DNA from: an uncultured Chloroflexia bacterium
GTDB lineage: Bacteria > Chloroflexota > Chloroflexia > Thermomicrobiales > UBA6265
Assembly (NCBI GenBank): GCA_963724295.1
Contig: CAVRUC010000013.1
Location: forward strand, 534,039-598,038
Reading direction: 5' to 3'
DNA: 64,000 nucleotides
The translations under genes and the position numbers were made by a program. Below are positions 8,614 to 19,334 of this stretch, one piece after another. Positions within the stretch are counted from its first letter, which is position 1. The number at the start of each line of letters is the position of its first letter. Below the pieces are notes generated by a model that ran no database searches, was not told where the DNA came from, and was given only the letters and a program-made list of their open reading frames with translations.

Positions 8614-11346
8614 ATGACCTATCACGTCAACGGCAAGACGTTCTCCGAAGAGCCGGCGGCCGGCCAGTGCCTGCGCACCTTCCTGCGCGAGCTAGGCTGG
8701 TTCGGTGTGAAGAAGGGATGTGACTCAGGCGACTGTGGCGCCTGCACGGTCTGGGTCGACGGTGTGCCGGTCCATAGCTGTCTCATCCCGGCCTACCGCG
8801 CCGAGAATCTGGAGGTCACGACCATCGAGGGGTTGGCCAGGGACGGCGAGCTGCATCCGATGCAGCGCCAGTTCCTCGAGGCACAGGGGTTCCAGTGCGG
8901 GTTCTGCACTGCTGGCATGATCATGACGGCGTCCACCTTCACCGCCGAGGATCTCCAGGATCTGCCCCGGCATCTCAAGGGCAACCTCTGCCGCTGCACC
9001 GGCTACCACGCTATCGAGGACGCGATCCATGGCGTTCGCACCGTCGAGGTGGATCAGCCCGGCACGGCTGTCGGATGCGGAGTCGGGGCCCCAGCTGGTC
9101 CTCAGGTCGTCACCGGCAAGGCCCGCTACACCCTCGACACCGCGATGGAGGGGATGCTCCACCTGAAGGTGCTCCGCTCGCCGCACGCCCACGCCCGCAT
9201 CGTCTCGATCGACAAGAGCGCCGCGCTCGAGGTGCCAGGCGTGCATGAGGTCTTCACCTGGGAGGACGTGCCGCGCAAGCTCTACACCACCTCCATCCAT
9301 GAGGACTTCCGCGTCGACCCCAATGACACCTACATGCTCGACAACGTGGTGCGCTTCGTTGGGGAGCGCGTGGCCGCCGTCGTGGCCGAATCAGAGGCCG
9401 CCGCCGAGGAAGGGTGCCGCAAGATCGCGGTCGAGTACGAGCTCTTGCCGGCCGTCTTCGATCCCGAGGAGGCGATGCGAGTAGGCGCTCCGGCCGTCCA
9501 TGACAGGGGCGTGGACGCGTTCATTCGCAACCCGGAGCGCAACATCCTGATCGAAGTCCACGGTGGTGTCGGCGACGTCGACGCTGGTTTTGCCGGGGCG
9601 GACGTCATCCACGAAGGGACGTACTCGACGCATCGTGGCCAGCACGCGCACCTGGAGACGCACTGCTCGATCGCCTGGGTCGACGAGGACAAGCGGCTGA
9701 ATGTCCGCACCACGTCCCAGTCCCCGTTCATCTGTCGGGACAAACTCTGCTACTTGTTCGCCCTTGGTCGCCAAGACGTCCGTGTCTTCTGCGAGCGCGT
9801 GGGGGGCGGTTTCGGCGGCAAGCAGGAGGTGCTCACCGAGGATCTGACCGCGCTGGCCGCCATGAAGACCGGCCGGCCAGTGCAGTGGGAGTTCACGCGC
9901 GAAGAGCAGTTCGTGGCCAGCACCTATCGTCACCCGATGCGGACGACGGTCAAGCTCGGGGCGAAGCAGGACGGCACGTTGACCGGCATCCAGCTCCGCA
10001 TCGTCTCCAACACCGGCGCTTATGGGGGCCACGGCGGCGAGACCCTCTACCACGCCTGTAGTGAATCGGTCGCGCTCTATCGTTGCCCGAACAAGAAGAT
10101 CGATGCCTACACGGTCTACACCAATACGGTGCCGTCGGGAGCCATCCGCGGCTACGGCGTGACGCAAACGATCTATGCCGTCGAGAGCGCGATGGACGAG
10201 CTGGCCCGCGCGCTCGGCATGGATCCGTTCGAGCTGCGGCAGCGCAACGTCATCAAACCAGGCGACGCGATGGTCTCCCTGAGCGAGGAGGCGAGCGACG
10301 CCGAGATCGCCAGCTATGGGCTCGACCAGTGCGTCGACATCGTCCGCGGCGCCCTGGCGCGCGGGAACGGCGTGACGGCCCCGGACGGAGATGACTGGCT
10401 GATCGGGCGGGGGATCGCCTACGCCATGCACGATACCGCGCCCCCCACGGAGCACCGCTCCGAGGCCCGCATCACGCTGTTAGAGGACGGGACCTACGAG
10501 CTGGCCATCGGCACGGCGGAGTTCGGCAACGGCACCACGACCCAGCATGCGCAGATCACCGCCAGCTTGTTGGGCACGACGGTTTCCCGGGTACACGTCG
10601 TGCAGTCGGATACCGACCGCACCGGTTTCGATACCGGAGCCTTTGCCAGCACCGGCACGTCTGTCGCGAGCAAGGGGGTCGCTCTTGCCGCCGAGGCGCT
10701 GCGCGAGCGCATCCTCGAATTTGCCGCGACGCACACGCGGGTCCCCCGCGAGATGTGCCGGCTCGATGACGACGCCGTGATCTGCGGCGAAGTGCGACTA
10801 TCGCTGGCCGATCTCCACCAGGCGGCGGAGGAAGCTGGGCATCTGCTGGCGCTCTCCCGCAAGGCGTACGGATCCCCCCGCAGCGTCGCCTTCAACGTCC
10901 ATGGCTTCCGCATCGCGGTCCATCGCGTCACCGGCGAGATCACCATCTTGCAAAGCGTTCATGCCGCTGACGCGGGCACGGTGATCAACCCGATGCAATT
11001 GCACGGACAGGTCGAGGGCGCGATATCGTGGGGGATTGGCTGGGCGCTCTACGAGCGGATCGTGATCGACGAGACTGGCAAGATCGTCAACCCGCAGTTC
11101 CGCAATTACCGCATCCCGGCCTACGCGGACATCCCGCGCAGCGAGGTCTATTTCGCGGATACGTGTGACCCGACTGGCCCGCTCGGAGCCAAGGGAATGG
11201 GCGAGTGCCCCATCAACCCGATCGCCCCGGCCCTGGCCAACGCCCTGGAGGACGCCACCGGCATCCGCTTCCGCGAACTGCCATTCCGCCCCGATTCCAT
11301 CTACCGGCCGATCTTCGAGAAGCACGGAGCGGCTGTGGTTTCCTGA
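8614..11346 (+). CDS. Xanthine dehydrogenase-family protein: fused [2Fe-2S] and molybdopterin-binding subunits
   Basis: [44 protein letters not shown]. Confidence 0.93.
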   Translation: MTYHVNGKTFSEEPAAGQCLRTFLRELGWFGVKKGCDSGDCGACTVWVDGVPVHSCLIPAYRAENLEVTTIEGLARDGELHPMQRQFLEAQGFQCGFCTAGMIMTASTFTAEDLQDLPRHLKGNLCRCTGYHAIEDAIHGVRTVEVDQPGTAVGCGVGAPAGPQVVTGKARYTLDTAMEGMLHLKVLRSPHAHARIVSIDKSAALEVPGVHEVFTWEDVPRKLYTTSIHEDFRVDPNDTYMLDNVVRFVGERVAAVVAESEAAAEEGCRKIAVEYELLPAVFDPEEAMRVGAPAVHDRGVDAFIRNPERNILIEVHGGVGDVDAGFAGADVIHEGTYSTHRGQHAHLETHCSIAWVDEDKRLNVRTTSQSPFICRDKLCYLFALGRQDVRVFCERVGGGFGGKQEVLTEDLTALAAMKTGRPVQWEFTREEQFVASTYRHPMRTTVKLGAKQDGTLTGIQLRIVSNTGAYGGHGGETLYHACSESVALYRCPNKKIDAYTVYTNTVPSGAIRGYGVTQTIYAVESAMDELARALGMDPFELRQRNVIKPGDAMVSLSEEASDAEIASYGLDQCVDIVRGALARGNGVTAPDGDDWLIGRGIAYAMHDTAPPTEHRSEARITLLEDGTYELAIGTAEFGNGTTTQHAQITASLLGTTVSRVHVVQSDTDRTGFDTGAFASTGTSVASKGVALAAEALRERILEFAATHTRVPREMCRLDDDAVICGEVRLSLADLHQAAEEAGHLLALSRKAYGSPRSVAFNVHGFRIAVHRVTGEITILQSVHAADAGTVINPMQLHGQVEGAISWGIGWALYERIVIDETGKIVNPQFRNYRIPAYADIPRSEVYFADTCDPTGPLGAKGMGECPINPIAPALANALEDATGIRFRELPFRPDSIYRPIFEKHGAAVVS

Positions 11347-11536
11347 CGTCGGAGGCTGAGACGGCCTATGGCGAGGTGAACCGGTCGTCACCGGATCGCA
11401 TGTGGATTGAGGGGCTTGACGGCCGCCTCATCAGCTGAAATGATCACGCGGCACTTAATTTACTCTTCAGGGTCAGGCGGGGATCCGCCATGAGCATGTT
11501 CCCGTCATGCTGCCCACAATCCGGTGGAGGTGCGTT

Positions 11537-13402
11537 ATGGCTCGGCTGATCTCGCGACTCGTCCTCCTCGTCTCGCTCGTTGCCGTGCTGCTTGGAGTGG
11601 CTCCGGCCTCCACACTCGGCCAGGACGCCACCCCAATGGCGGCTGCCCTGCCAGACGGCGTCACCATTGTCGCCAACGGCCTGGACAACCCGCGCAACTT
11701 CACCTGGGATGAAGCGGGCGAGCTCTACCTGTCCATTGCTGGTATCGGAGGCCCGAGCATGGGCGACGTCGGCGGCTCACCCAGCGGTTTGACTGGTGGT
11801 CCGACCGCCAGCGTCGTGACGGTCGCTGACGGATGCGCCACCGTCGTGAGCGGAGAGCTCCCATCCAGCCTCTGGGAAGGCGTCGGCTGGGTCTGGGGTA
11901 CTGCCGACGTCGCATTCCTCGATGGCCAGCTGTACCAGCTTGCCGCCGGCGGTGGTTCGGATTTCGGGAACTTCGACACGCCGGCTGGTATTTATCGCAT
12001 CGAAGACGATGGCTCCTCGACGCTCGTGGCTGATTTCTCCGCCTGGTCGCGCGAGAACATGCCCGAGTTCGTCCCGCCGGACTTCAACGCGGACGGGTCG
12101 TTGATCGACATGGCCGCTGCCGACGGCAAGCTCTGGGTCGCCGACGCGGTCTCCGGGCGGATCATCACCGTCACACCGGAAGGCGAGATCACGCTATTCA
12201 AGGATTATTCTGTCGATCATCCCGTGCCGACGGGCATTGTTCCGGACGGGGAGGGTGGGCTGTACGTCGGCAATCTCACCGCAATCCCCTATCCGATTGG
12301 CGCGGCCAAGGTGGTCCAGATTGCGGCGGATGGAACCGTGGAGGACATCTGGACCGGACTGACCGCCGTGACAAGTCTGGCGATGGGACCGGATGGGGCG
12401 CTCTATGCGTCCGAGCTGGTTTCGGAAGCGATGGAGGACGACCCCTTCCTGGCGCCAAACACCGGTCGCGTGGTGCGCCAGACCGGGCCGGACAGCTTTG
12501 AAGCGGTGGTCACCGATCTGCCCTACCCCGTTTCGATCGGATTCGATGCGGATGGCGCGCTCTACATTGCTGTCCCGGCATTCGGGACGGGAACGGGTGA
12601 GGGGCAGGGAGCGCTGCTGCGGGTCGATCCCTCGGTCGCGATGCCAGTCTCCCTCGCCGGTGTGGATCTGACGACATCGACCTGTGCGGGTCAAGCCGCC
12701 GACCAGGCAAGTGCCACGCCCGGGATGGAAGGCGCGGGCGCCACACCTGAGAGTGCAGCCACGGCCACGGAGATGACCCAACTCCTCAGCGTTCCCCTGG
12801 CCGATCAGACGATGAGTGCGGATGAAACCCTTGGCGTCACCCGCATCTCGTTCGACGCTGGGGGAAGTCAGCAAGCCAGCGCGGGCGGTGGCGCCAGCGT
12901 CTACTTTGTCGAAGACGGCACCGTCTCGCTCCTTCCAGCCGAAGACTCGCCCGCATCCCTCGTCGTGCGTGCTGGCATGGACGCTTCAGCGGCACCGGAG
13001 TCGATCGAGGCCGGCGGGGAAGCCACCCTTGAGGCGGGCGACGGGGTCATCCTGCCCGCCGGTAGTAGCGCAGAACTGCGGAATGCGGGAGATGCGCCGG
13101 CCACCGTCCTCCGCTTACTTGCCGCCGGCGATGCCGGCGCCGATGCCGAGACCGGCGTCTCGCGGGCGGTGCTGGTGCGTGATGTAGAAGCGCCCGGGGC
13201 GCCGGCGTCGCTCACGCTCCAGCAGACGACGCTGCCGGCCGGCGGTCAGTTGCCATACCCGCCCGCTCCGGTGCAAGCGATTGTGGCCGCACTGGACCGG
13301 GGGCAGGCGGTCTACCTCAGCATGGGCTCGGCCGGTGTCGCAACCAACCGCAGTCCCAATCCCATGGAGATTTATCTGGTGACTCTCGAACCCGCGAAGT
13401 AG
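11537..13402 (+). CDS. Secreted ScyD/ScyE-like beta-propeller protein with a C-terminal cupin-like extension
   Basis: Signal peptide + QDATP; GLDNPR, HPVPTGI, WTGLTAVT..GPDGALY. Confidence 0.75.
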   Translation: MARLISRLVLLVSLVAVLLGVAPASTLGQDATPMAAALPDGVTIVANGLDNPRNFTWDEAGELYLSIAGIGGPSMGDVGGSPSGLTGGPTASVVTVADGCATVVSGELPSSLWEGVGWVWGTADVAFLDGQLYQLAAGGGSDFGNFDTPAGIYRIEDDGSSTLVADFSAWSRENMPEFVPPDFNADGSLIDMAAADGKLWVADAVSGRIITVTPEGEITLFKDYSVDHPVPTGIVPDGEGGLYVGNLTAIPYPIGAAKVVQIAADGTVEDIWTGLTAVTSLAMGPDGALYASELVSEAMEDDPFLAPNTGRVVRQTGPDSFEAVVTDLPYPVSIGFDADGALYIAVPAFGTGTGEGQGALLRVDPSVAMPVSLAGVDLTTSTCAGQAADQASATPGMEGAGATPESAATATEMTQLLSVPLADQTMSADETLGVTRISFDAGGSQQASAGGGASVYFVEDGTVSLLPAEDSPASLVVRAGMDASAAPESIEAGGEATLEAGDGVILPAGSSAELRNAGDAPATVLRLLAAGDAGADAETGVSRAVLVRDVEAPGAPASLTLQQTTLPAGGQLPYPPAPVQAIVAALDRGQAVYLSMGSAGVATNRSPNPMEIYLVTLEPAK

Positions 13403-13534
13403 ACAGTCGTGCGCCAACGGCGCCACTTCATCGGTTAGGCGCGAGGAGCCCTTGAACCATCGTCGTTTCGAGGCTCCTCGTAGCCCTCGGCGGATGCCGC
13501 GCACACGCGAATCGACGATCGGAGTGGATGCGCC

Positions 13535-13960
13535 ATGACCACAGTGCTCGGTGAGCGTGACCCCCGCGCAGGGGTAATCTCGCAGTCTGATCTCCGATTC
13601 CTGCGTATCATGCTGGGACTGCAGGTAGCCCTTGGTCTGCTATGGGGCGTCTCGATGCTCTTCTTTGCCCGCCAGATCGTGCTGGGCTCACCCGACGGCC
13701 CGCATATCGAAAAGATCGCCATGGAGGGCGCGGCCCACATGATGCTCGTCTTCGGCGCCATCCTCGTCTGGCGAGCCCCACAGCGCTCCCGGGACGTTCT
13801 CCTGCTGATGATCTTCCTCAACGGGCTGTGGACGCTGACCGACCTCGTCTACATTCCGCTGCTCGGCCTGAGCGAGATCGACTTCTACGCGAAGGTGATC
13901 GTCAACGCCATCCTCGCCATCGGGCTGGCGCTCTCCGGTCGCCGCGCAGGAATCCTCTAG
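13535..13960 (+). CDS. Small 4-TM membrane protein, function unknown
   Basis: Four hydrophobic segments; GGAG upstream. Confidence 0.7.
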   Translation: MTTVLGERDPRAGVISQSDLRFLRIMLGLQVALGLLWGVSMLFFARQIVLGSPDGPHIEKIAMEGAAHMMLVFGAILVWRAPQRSRDVLLLMIFLNGLWTLTDLVYIPLLGLSEIDFYAKVIVNAILAIGLALSGRRAGIL

Positions 13961-13977
13961 CACCCACGGCGAGGCAA

Positions 13978-14097
13978 TGGGTGACGGGTGATGGGCGATA
14001 GAGTAGTCCGAATTCCGGCGAGCGCCCCGGCTCATTCCCTGCCACCCTAGCACCACGAGCAAAGCGAGTAACCACCCCGTCACCCATCACCCCGACT
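13978..14097. repeat. Composite repeat with inverted GGGTGAY/RTCACCC heptamers, same family as 8432-8612
   Basis: Shares CCCTGCCACC...CCACGAGCnnAGCGAGTAA(C/T)CACC with the 8432 element. Confidence 0.65.
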
Positions 14098-14136
14098 CGA
14101 TTGGGTAACGACGATTGAGCCCAGCTAGCCGCGGCG

Positions 14137-15230
14137 TCAGCTCGCCGCCACCTCCACGCGGATGATCTCACCGGTCCCCTCGTCCGCACCAAACGCGGGC
14201 ACGGCGACGTAGAGCCCCCATCGGGACCGAAGCCGAGCTCCACCGGGTAGTCGAGCCCGCTCGTCACGACCTCCTCCGTATCAGGACCGGTCTGACGGAG
14301 GATGCGCCCGCTGCCCTCCGTCAGGAATGGCTCGGCGTCGCTGGTCCGCGAGGACATCTCGGCCACGTACAACGCGCCATCCGGTCCGACCTCGAGACCG
14401 GTGACGGTTGTCAACCCCGTCCAGACGGTAATGGCCGTGCCGTCCGGGTCGACATGCCGGACGGTGGCCGATCCTTCGACGTACGGCGCGGGCGTCAGGT
14501 CGGCGACGTAGGCGCCTCCGGCGGGATCGGCCGCAATCCCGCTCGGCACTGGATGCCCTTCCGAGAGATCCACGATCCGGGTGATCTCACCGGCGAGCGT
14601 GACTTGCAGCACCTGACCGTTCACCGAGTCCACGACCCAGAGCGCCTCACCAACCGGCGCCATATCGAAAAAGGATCCGCCGTTCGGAGCGCCCTCGGGG
14701 GGCGTGTGGGCGACGGGGTTCGCGTCGACCCAGGTGCCCAGATCGGCTACGAGCGTGGCCGCGCCATCGGCGGTAATCAGGTACACACCACTCGGCTGAT
14801 CGGGATTCCCGGCACCGGCGCCACCACCACCGACCAGGGCGTAGAGCTGATCGCCCAGAATATCGACATCGTTGACGCCCCAGACCCAGTCGATATCGCG
14901 CCAGATGGCCGAGGCAAGCCCAGTAGCGAGCATCGTTACCTCACCGTCGCGGATGGTGGCAACGCCCGCGGTCGGCCCCCCGTGGAAGGGCGAGCCTTCG
15001 GGACCAGGCGTGTCCCCGCCATTGCCGGCCAGACCGACGAACATCGTTCCATCGGCACCCCAGGTAAAGCCGCGCGGGTTGGTCAGCCCGCTGGCGACCA
15101 CCTCGACCCCGTCCGGGAGTGCGCCGGCCGTGGGCGTCGCCTCCTGGGCACGGACGGCGAACGGGGCTCCGCTCATCAGTAGGGTGACGATCAGGACGAG
15201 TGACAAGGAAACAGCAGACGTGCGGGACAT
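14137..15230 (-). CDS. Secreted ScyD/ScyE-like protein, paralog of 11537; frameshift near 14215
   Basis: Signal + QEATP; GLTNPRG, GHPVPSGI. The shifted frame continues LYVAVPAFG...EVAAS* and matches the paralog. Confidence 0.75.
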
Positions 15231-15401
15231 GGCGAGGTCCTCCATTCAGACGAACACGAGTCCTGCTCGACGCCGGGACCGGCCGATCGACTCTGAGATT
15301 ACGCTGGTATGAATATCCTAGATCCTTTTGATGAACTGTCAATGCCTCCGGCCGCTCAGGTCGACGCCGCGACCTTTCAACGCGAGAGCAACAGCAGAGA
15401 A

Positions 15402-15806
15402 TCAGGTTGAGATCGTCTTGTGCGGCCGGAACTCCCCATCGACGAAGGCCGGCCCCTCGACGCCCCAGCTCCACGACATACGCGGCCGGACGACGATGTA
15501 CTCCATCGGTCCGAACCGGCCGTTGCGATGCTCGATCGCGGCCGTGCCGTGGATCTTCACCGCAACCGGGTCCATGGGGTCGACGGAGGCGAGGCTGTCG
15601 ACGATGAGCGACACCATGCCGCCCCCGGCCGCCACGTTCTTGTACTTACGCGACCCGGCGAGGTTCTGGTAGCTCCCGATCAGGATGTCGTCTCCATCCA
15701 GCTCGAAACCGACCACGTCGGCGTCAGGTTGGCCCAAAGGGGAGACGGTGGCGAGCCGGGCGAGGCGTTGCGAGCTAAGGTAGGCCCGCTCCTTTTCCGT
15801 GAACAT
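15402..15806 (-). CDS. PPOX-class (probably F420-dependent) oxidoreductase
   Basis: MFTEKERAYL..QRLARLATV, SRKYKNV, WSWG. Confidence 0.8.
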   Translation of the reverse strand: MFTEKERAYLSSQRLARLATVSPLGQPDADVVGFELDGDDILIGSYQNLAGSRKYKNVAAGGGMVSLIVDSLASVDPMDPVAVKIHGTAAIEHRNGRFGPMEYIVVRPRMSWSWGVEGPAFVDGEFRPHKTIST

Positions 15807-15859
15807 GGCTCTCCTTCCGCGCCCGGCCGTTTCTCGCCAATGAGTGATGGAAGCGTGGG

Positions 15860-16219
15860 TCAGCCCCGCTTGGCGAACGTCTCCGCACCCATGATCTCGT
15901 ACCCCACCACTGGCTCGTCGCCGATGACCCACCCGTCGTGCCCGGGAGGAATCTCGTAGACGTCTCCAGGGCCGAACTCCATCTCCGTTCCGTCTTCCAT
16001 GCGGACGCCCAGGCGACCAGAGACCAGGTGACCCATGTGATGCGTCTGGCAGCTATCCGTGCCCGCTAGAGGCTTGACGTGCTCCGACCACCGCCACCCC
16101 GGCTCGAACTGGCTATTGGCGATGGCGAAATCGCCGAGCCGCACGATGTTGAATGACCCATGGGGAAAGCTCCGGGTCTCGTCGGGAGAACTCACATTTT
16201 TTCGCTGCAACGTCGCCAT
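15860..16219 (-). CDS. Cupin-domain protein
   Basis: EPGWRWSEHVKP, CQTHH, IPPGHDGWVIG. Confidence 0.85.
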   Translation of the reverse strand: MATLQRKNVSSPDETRSFPHGSFNIVRLGDFAIANSQFEPGWRWSEHVKPLAGTDSCQTHHMGHLVSGRLGVRMEDGTEMEFGPGDVYEIPPGHDGWVIGDEPVVGYEIMGAETFAKRG

Positions 16220-16251
16220 GATCGTCCTTTCTGTCGTTCCGCGCCGAACAG

Positions 16252-16554
16252 TTACTCTCGGATGCCCCACTCCATCTCGATGTCCTCCCAGGTCGGTTCG
16301 CCCCCGAGGACCTCATTGGCACGCAGGTAAAACTGGTTCTGCTCTGGCAGCTCGGCCATCTGACGGTAGGTCGCCTCGTCCTGGGTGAGGACGATGAAGA
16401 CCACCTGCTCAGGCTGCCCGGCGCGATGGCCGAACAGCTCGACAACGGGACCGGGAATCTTGGGCCGAATCTCCCGTTTCCAGTCCTCCATCAATGCTTC
16501 GAACTTGGCCTGATCTCCGGACGTGATCGTTGCGTGGCCGATCGTCCCGAACAT
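16252..16554 (-). CDS. Hypothetical protein (dimeric alpha-beta barrel-like)
   Basis: RBS AGGAGAG; co-oriented in the operon; ferredoxin-like pattern is inferred. Confidence 0.6.
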   Translation of the reverse strand: MFGTIGHATITSGDQAKFEALMEDWKREIRPKIPGPVVELFGHRAGQPEQVVFIVLTQDEATYRQMAELPEQNQFYLRANEVLGGEPTWEDIEMEWGIRE

Positions 16555-16591
16555 TGCTCTCTCCTGTTTCACCAGCTAACGACGACATTGG

Positions 16592-18016
16592 TCACGCCCG
16601 CGGCGCGATGTTGAGATTCATGCGGAACAGGTTGCCCGGGTCGTATCTGCTCTTGAGCGTGACGAGCCGGTCGTAATTGGGACCGTACGAGGCGCGGAGC
16701 ATCGCCTCCTTCTCTTCGCCGAACCCCGGGAAGTTCAGGTACGAGCCGCCTTTGGAGAATGGTTGCATCGCGGCGAGCGACTCCCGCGCCCACGCGATGT
16801 TCTGTTCGGTAGTGGCCGGGTCGGTCCAGGACGCCTCCGTAGCGAGCAGATACGGCGCGTCGCGGCGACCATAGGCCGTCTCCTCCGATCCCACCCGGCC
16901 CATCGCGCCCCCCAGCTGCCAGAACGTGACCCCGGACATGAACGAGGGTCGCGCCGTCGCGATGTGGACCATGGTGTCGATGGCTTCATCGCTCAGGTCG
17001 TCGACGTAGGTCGATTTCCAGTAGTAGAGGCGGCCCTCAGGGAAGAAGGGGTCGAAGGCGCCCTGCAGAGCCGTGTACGGAATCGGACCGCTGAGATCCA
17101 TTAGCGGTGTCGCCAGTTCCCGCAACGGCTGCATGACCCGCTCGCCCTCCTCGACGGGCCCGATGTAGACGGCGGCCACGACCACGATTGGCCGCCGCCG
17201 CAGCTCCTCCGGAAAATGCTCGTCGTCCGGAACGCTCCAGAGGACCATCAGCGAGTTGAGCTCATCCGGCGCGGCGGCCGTGAAATCGCGCCAGGCCCGA
17301 ATCACGGCCGGTCCATCTTCCAGCGCGTAGAAGGGCGCGCACAACTGGACGATCGGGCCGACCGGATGCAGGCGAAACTCGAAGCTGGTAATCGCTCCGA
17401 AGTTGCTGCCGGCCCCACGCACGGCCCAGAAGAGGTCTTCGTTCTCGGTCGCGCTGGCCGTCCGTACCTGCCCATCCGCGGTCACGATCTCGACGGAGAT
17501 CAGGCTATCGAGGCTGAGACCGTACTTCCGTCGCAGGTGACCGTATCCACCGTGGATGGTCAGCCCGCCGATTCCAGTGCTGGAAACGACGCCTCCCGGA
17601 ACCGCCAGGCCAAAGAGCTGGGTCTCGCGGTCGATGTCTCCCCAGGTGGCCCCGCCCTGGGCGAGGGCAGTCCGCGCTTCTGGATCGACGAAGACGCCGC
17701 GCATCTGCGATAGGTCGATGACCAGCCCGCCGTCATTGACGGCGTTGCCGGCCACGTTGTGTGCACCGCCCCGCACGGAGAGCAGGAGACCATGCTCGCG
17801 CGCGAAGTTGACGCACGCCACGACGTCGGCGGTGCCGGAGCAGCGCGCGATCAGCGCCGGGCGGCGGTCGATCAGACCGTTACGGACGGCGCGAGCCTCG
17901 TCATAGCCCGGATCATCAGGCGTCAACAGCGGACCGCGGAGACCGCCCCGGAACTCCTCGATTGTCGCTTCATCCAGCATTCCCTCGATCGGAGGGGCAA
18001 GCAACTCTGTCGCCAT
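16592..18016 (-). CDS. FAD-binding oxidoreductase, berberine-bridge/VAO family
   Basis: RGGAH (covalent FAD His), DLFWAVRGAGSNFG, YLNF, YDPGNLFRMN. Confidence 0.92.
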   Translation of the reverse strand: MATELLAPPIEGMLDEATIEEFRGGLRGPLLTPDDPGYDEARAVRNGLIDRRPALIARCSGTADVVACVNFAREHGLLLSVRGGAHNVAGNAVNDGGLVIDLSQMRGVFVDPEARTALAQGGATWGDIDRETQLFGLAVPGGVVSSTGIGGLTIHGGYGHLRRKYGLSLDSLISVEIVTADGQVRTASATENEDLFWAVRGAGSNFGAITSFEFRLHPVGPIVQLCAPFYALEDGPAVIRAWRDFTAAAPDELNSLMVLWSVPDDEHFPEELRRRPIVVVAAVYIGPVEEGERVMQPLRELATPLMDLSGPIPYTALQGAFDPFFPEGRLYYWKSTYVDDLSDEAIDTMVHIATARPSFMSGVTFWQLGGAMGRVGSEETAYGRRDAPYLLATEASWTDPATTEQNIAWARESLAAMQPFSKGGSYLNFPGFGEEKEAMLRASYGPNYDRLVTLKSRYDPGNLFRMNLNIAPRA

Positions 18017-18112
18017 GCATTACTCCTTTCACCGACAGCACCCGTGATGAACTGGCGCCGAACCGCCTGACGAGGTTCTCCATCCGACCAGAGCCGGCCT
18101 CGTCAGCGCGAT

Positions 18113-18160
18113 ACGTGAATCACGTGGCACGCCGGTGGCGTTGAATTGCGCTAAGCGCAA
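18113..18160. promoter_or_regulatory. Two palindromes (ACGTGA-A-TCACGT; TTGCGCT-A-AGCGCAA) upstream of the 18016 operon, candidate operators
   Basis: Dyad symmetry seen directly; function inferred. Confidence 0.4.
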
Positions 18161-18299
18161 CGACATGATGCTCCCCGGAGCGAGGCTGCACATCGTGGAG
18201 TTGGCGGAGGCAGACTCGCGATTTTTAGGGCTAATCGGCGGAAGGGGTCAGTAATTACCGCAATCGGTGAGAATCGTCAGCTCTGTGTTGCCAAATCGG

Positions 18300-19286
18300 C
18301 TACACGGGCGACCAGGTCGTCTCCAGTGCTCGGCGCACGCGCCCAATCCACCAGGCGAGGTCAGCGGCCTCACGCGCCCGCTTCGCGGCATCCGGGTGCT
18401 CGGCAGCGTCGAGTGCCTTGTTCCAGCCGTACTCGGCGAACGTGGCGATGAAGGAGAGTTGGAGGGCGCGCTCATCGTGGTCGTCCCCGCAGACGGCGCG
18501 GAAGTCGTCGATCAATGCTTCCCGCGTGGCCGCGATCCGAGACCAGGCGCCGGTCAAGAACGTCGTAAACTCAAAGGCGGCCGGGGCCTGGGTCGCGGTA
18601 CCCCAATCGAGGATCACCACACGATCTGGTTCGAGCCCGACGTTGGCGAGCCACAAATCCCCGTGGATAAGCGTCGTCACGCACCGGTCGAGCTCGAAGG
18701 CGAGCCGGTCGGGTCGCTCGTGGATGGCGTGGACGGCCGCCGCGACGTCATGAGGCACTACATTCGGGAATACATCCCAGCCGCGCGCAATCCACTCGAA
18801 GACCGGGCTCGCTCCACCATGCTCGCTCGCCGCCGTTCGCGGTGTGAAGAGCGACAGGTGGTCGGTGAGGCTGCACAGCCCCTCGAGAGGCTCTCCTCGG
18901 AAGGTGCGGTGCAGCATGGAGGCCGCTTCGAGGATGCGGCGGCTCTCGGCCTGTGTCAGCACTCGATCGTCCGACAACAGCGCGCCGGAGATGTCGCGCA
19001 TGATGAGGACCCAGCCGTCATCGGCAGCTTCGACAGCGACGATGGCGTGATCGATTACCGGCGGAAACCGGTCCATCACCCCGGACGTCCAGAGTCCGGC
19101 CACCCGGCCCGTGTCATGTGTGAGCCGCATAGTTGCGTCCCACGCCGGTGAGAGGTGCTTGACGACTAGCGCTCGACCGTCCGCCAGCACGACCCGCTCC
19201 AGCATGGCGCCGGAGTAGCCCTGGCTGGTCTGGCGCAGTGGCGTCCGCTCGACGACGTTGTCAAACAGTCCTGCCAGAGTCACCAC
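18300..19286 (-). CDS. Aminoglycoside/choline kinase-like phosphotransferase
   Basis: LVVK, TLIHGDLWLAN, ILDWG. Confidence 0.85.
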   Translation of the reverse strand: MVTLAGLFDNVVERTPLRQTSQGYSGAMLERVVLADGRALVVKHLSPAWDATMRLTHDTGRVAGLWTSGVMDRFPPVIDHAIVAVEAADDGWVLIMRDISGALLSDDRVLTQAESRRILEAASMLHRTFRGEPLEGLCSLTDHLSLFTPRTAASEHGGASPVFEWIARGWDVFPNVVPHDVAAAVHAIHERPDRLAFELDRCVTTLIHGDLWLANVGLEPDRVVILDWGTATQAPAAFEFTTFLTGAWSRIAATREALIDDFRAVCGDDHDERALQLSFIATFAEYGWNKALDAAEHPDAAKRAREAADLAWWIGRVRRALETTWSPV

Positions 19287-19334
19287 ATAACTCCTCCCAC
19301 CCTCTCTACGGGATGCGGGACAACCGCTCCGCTG

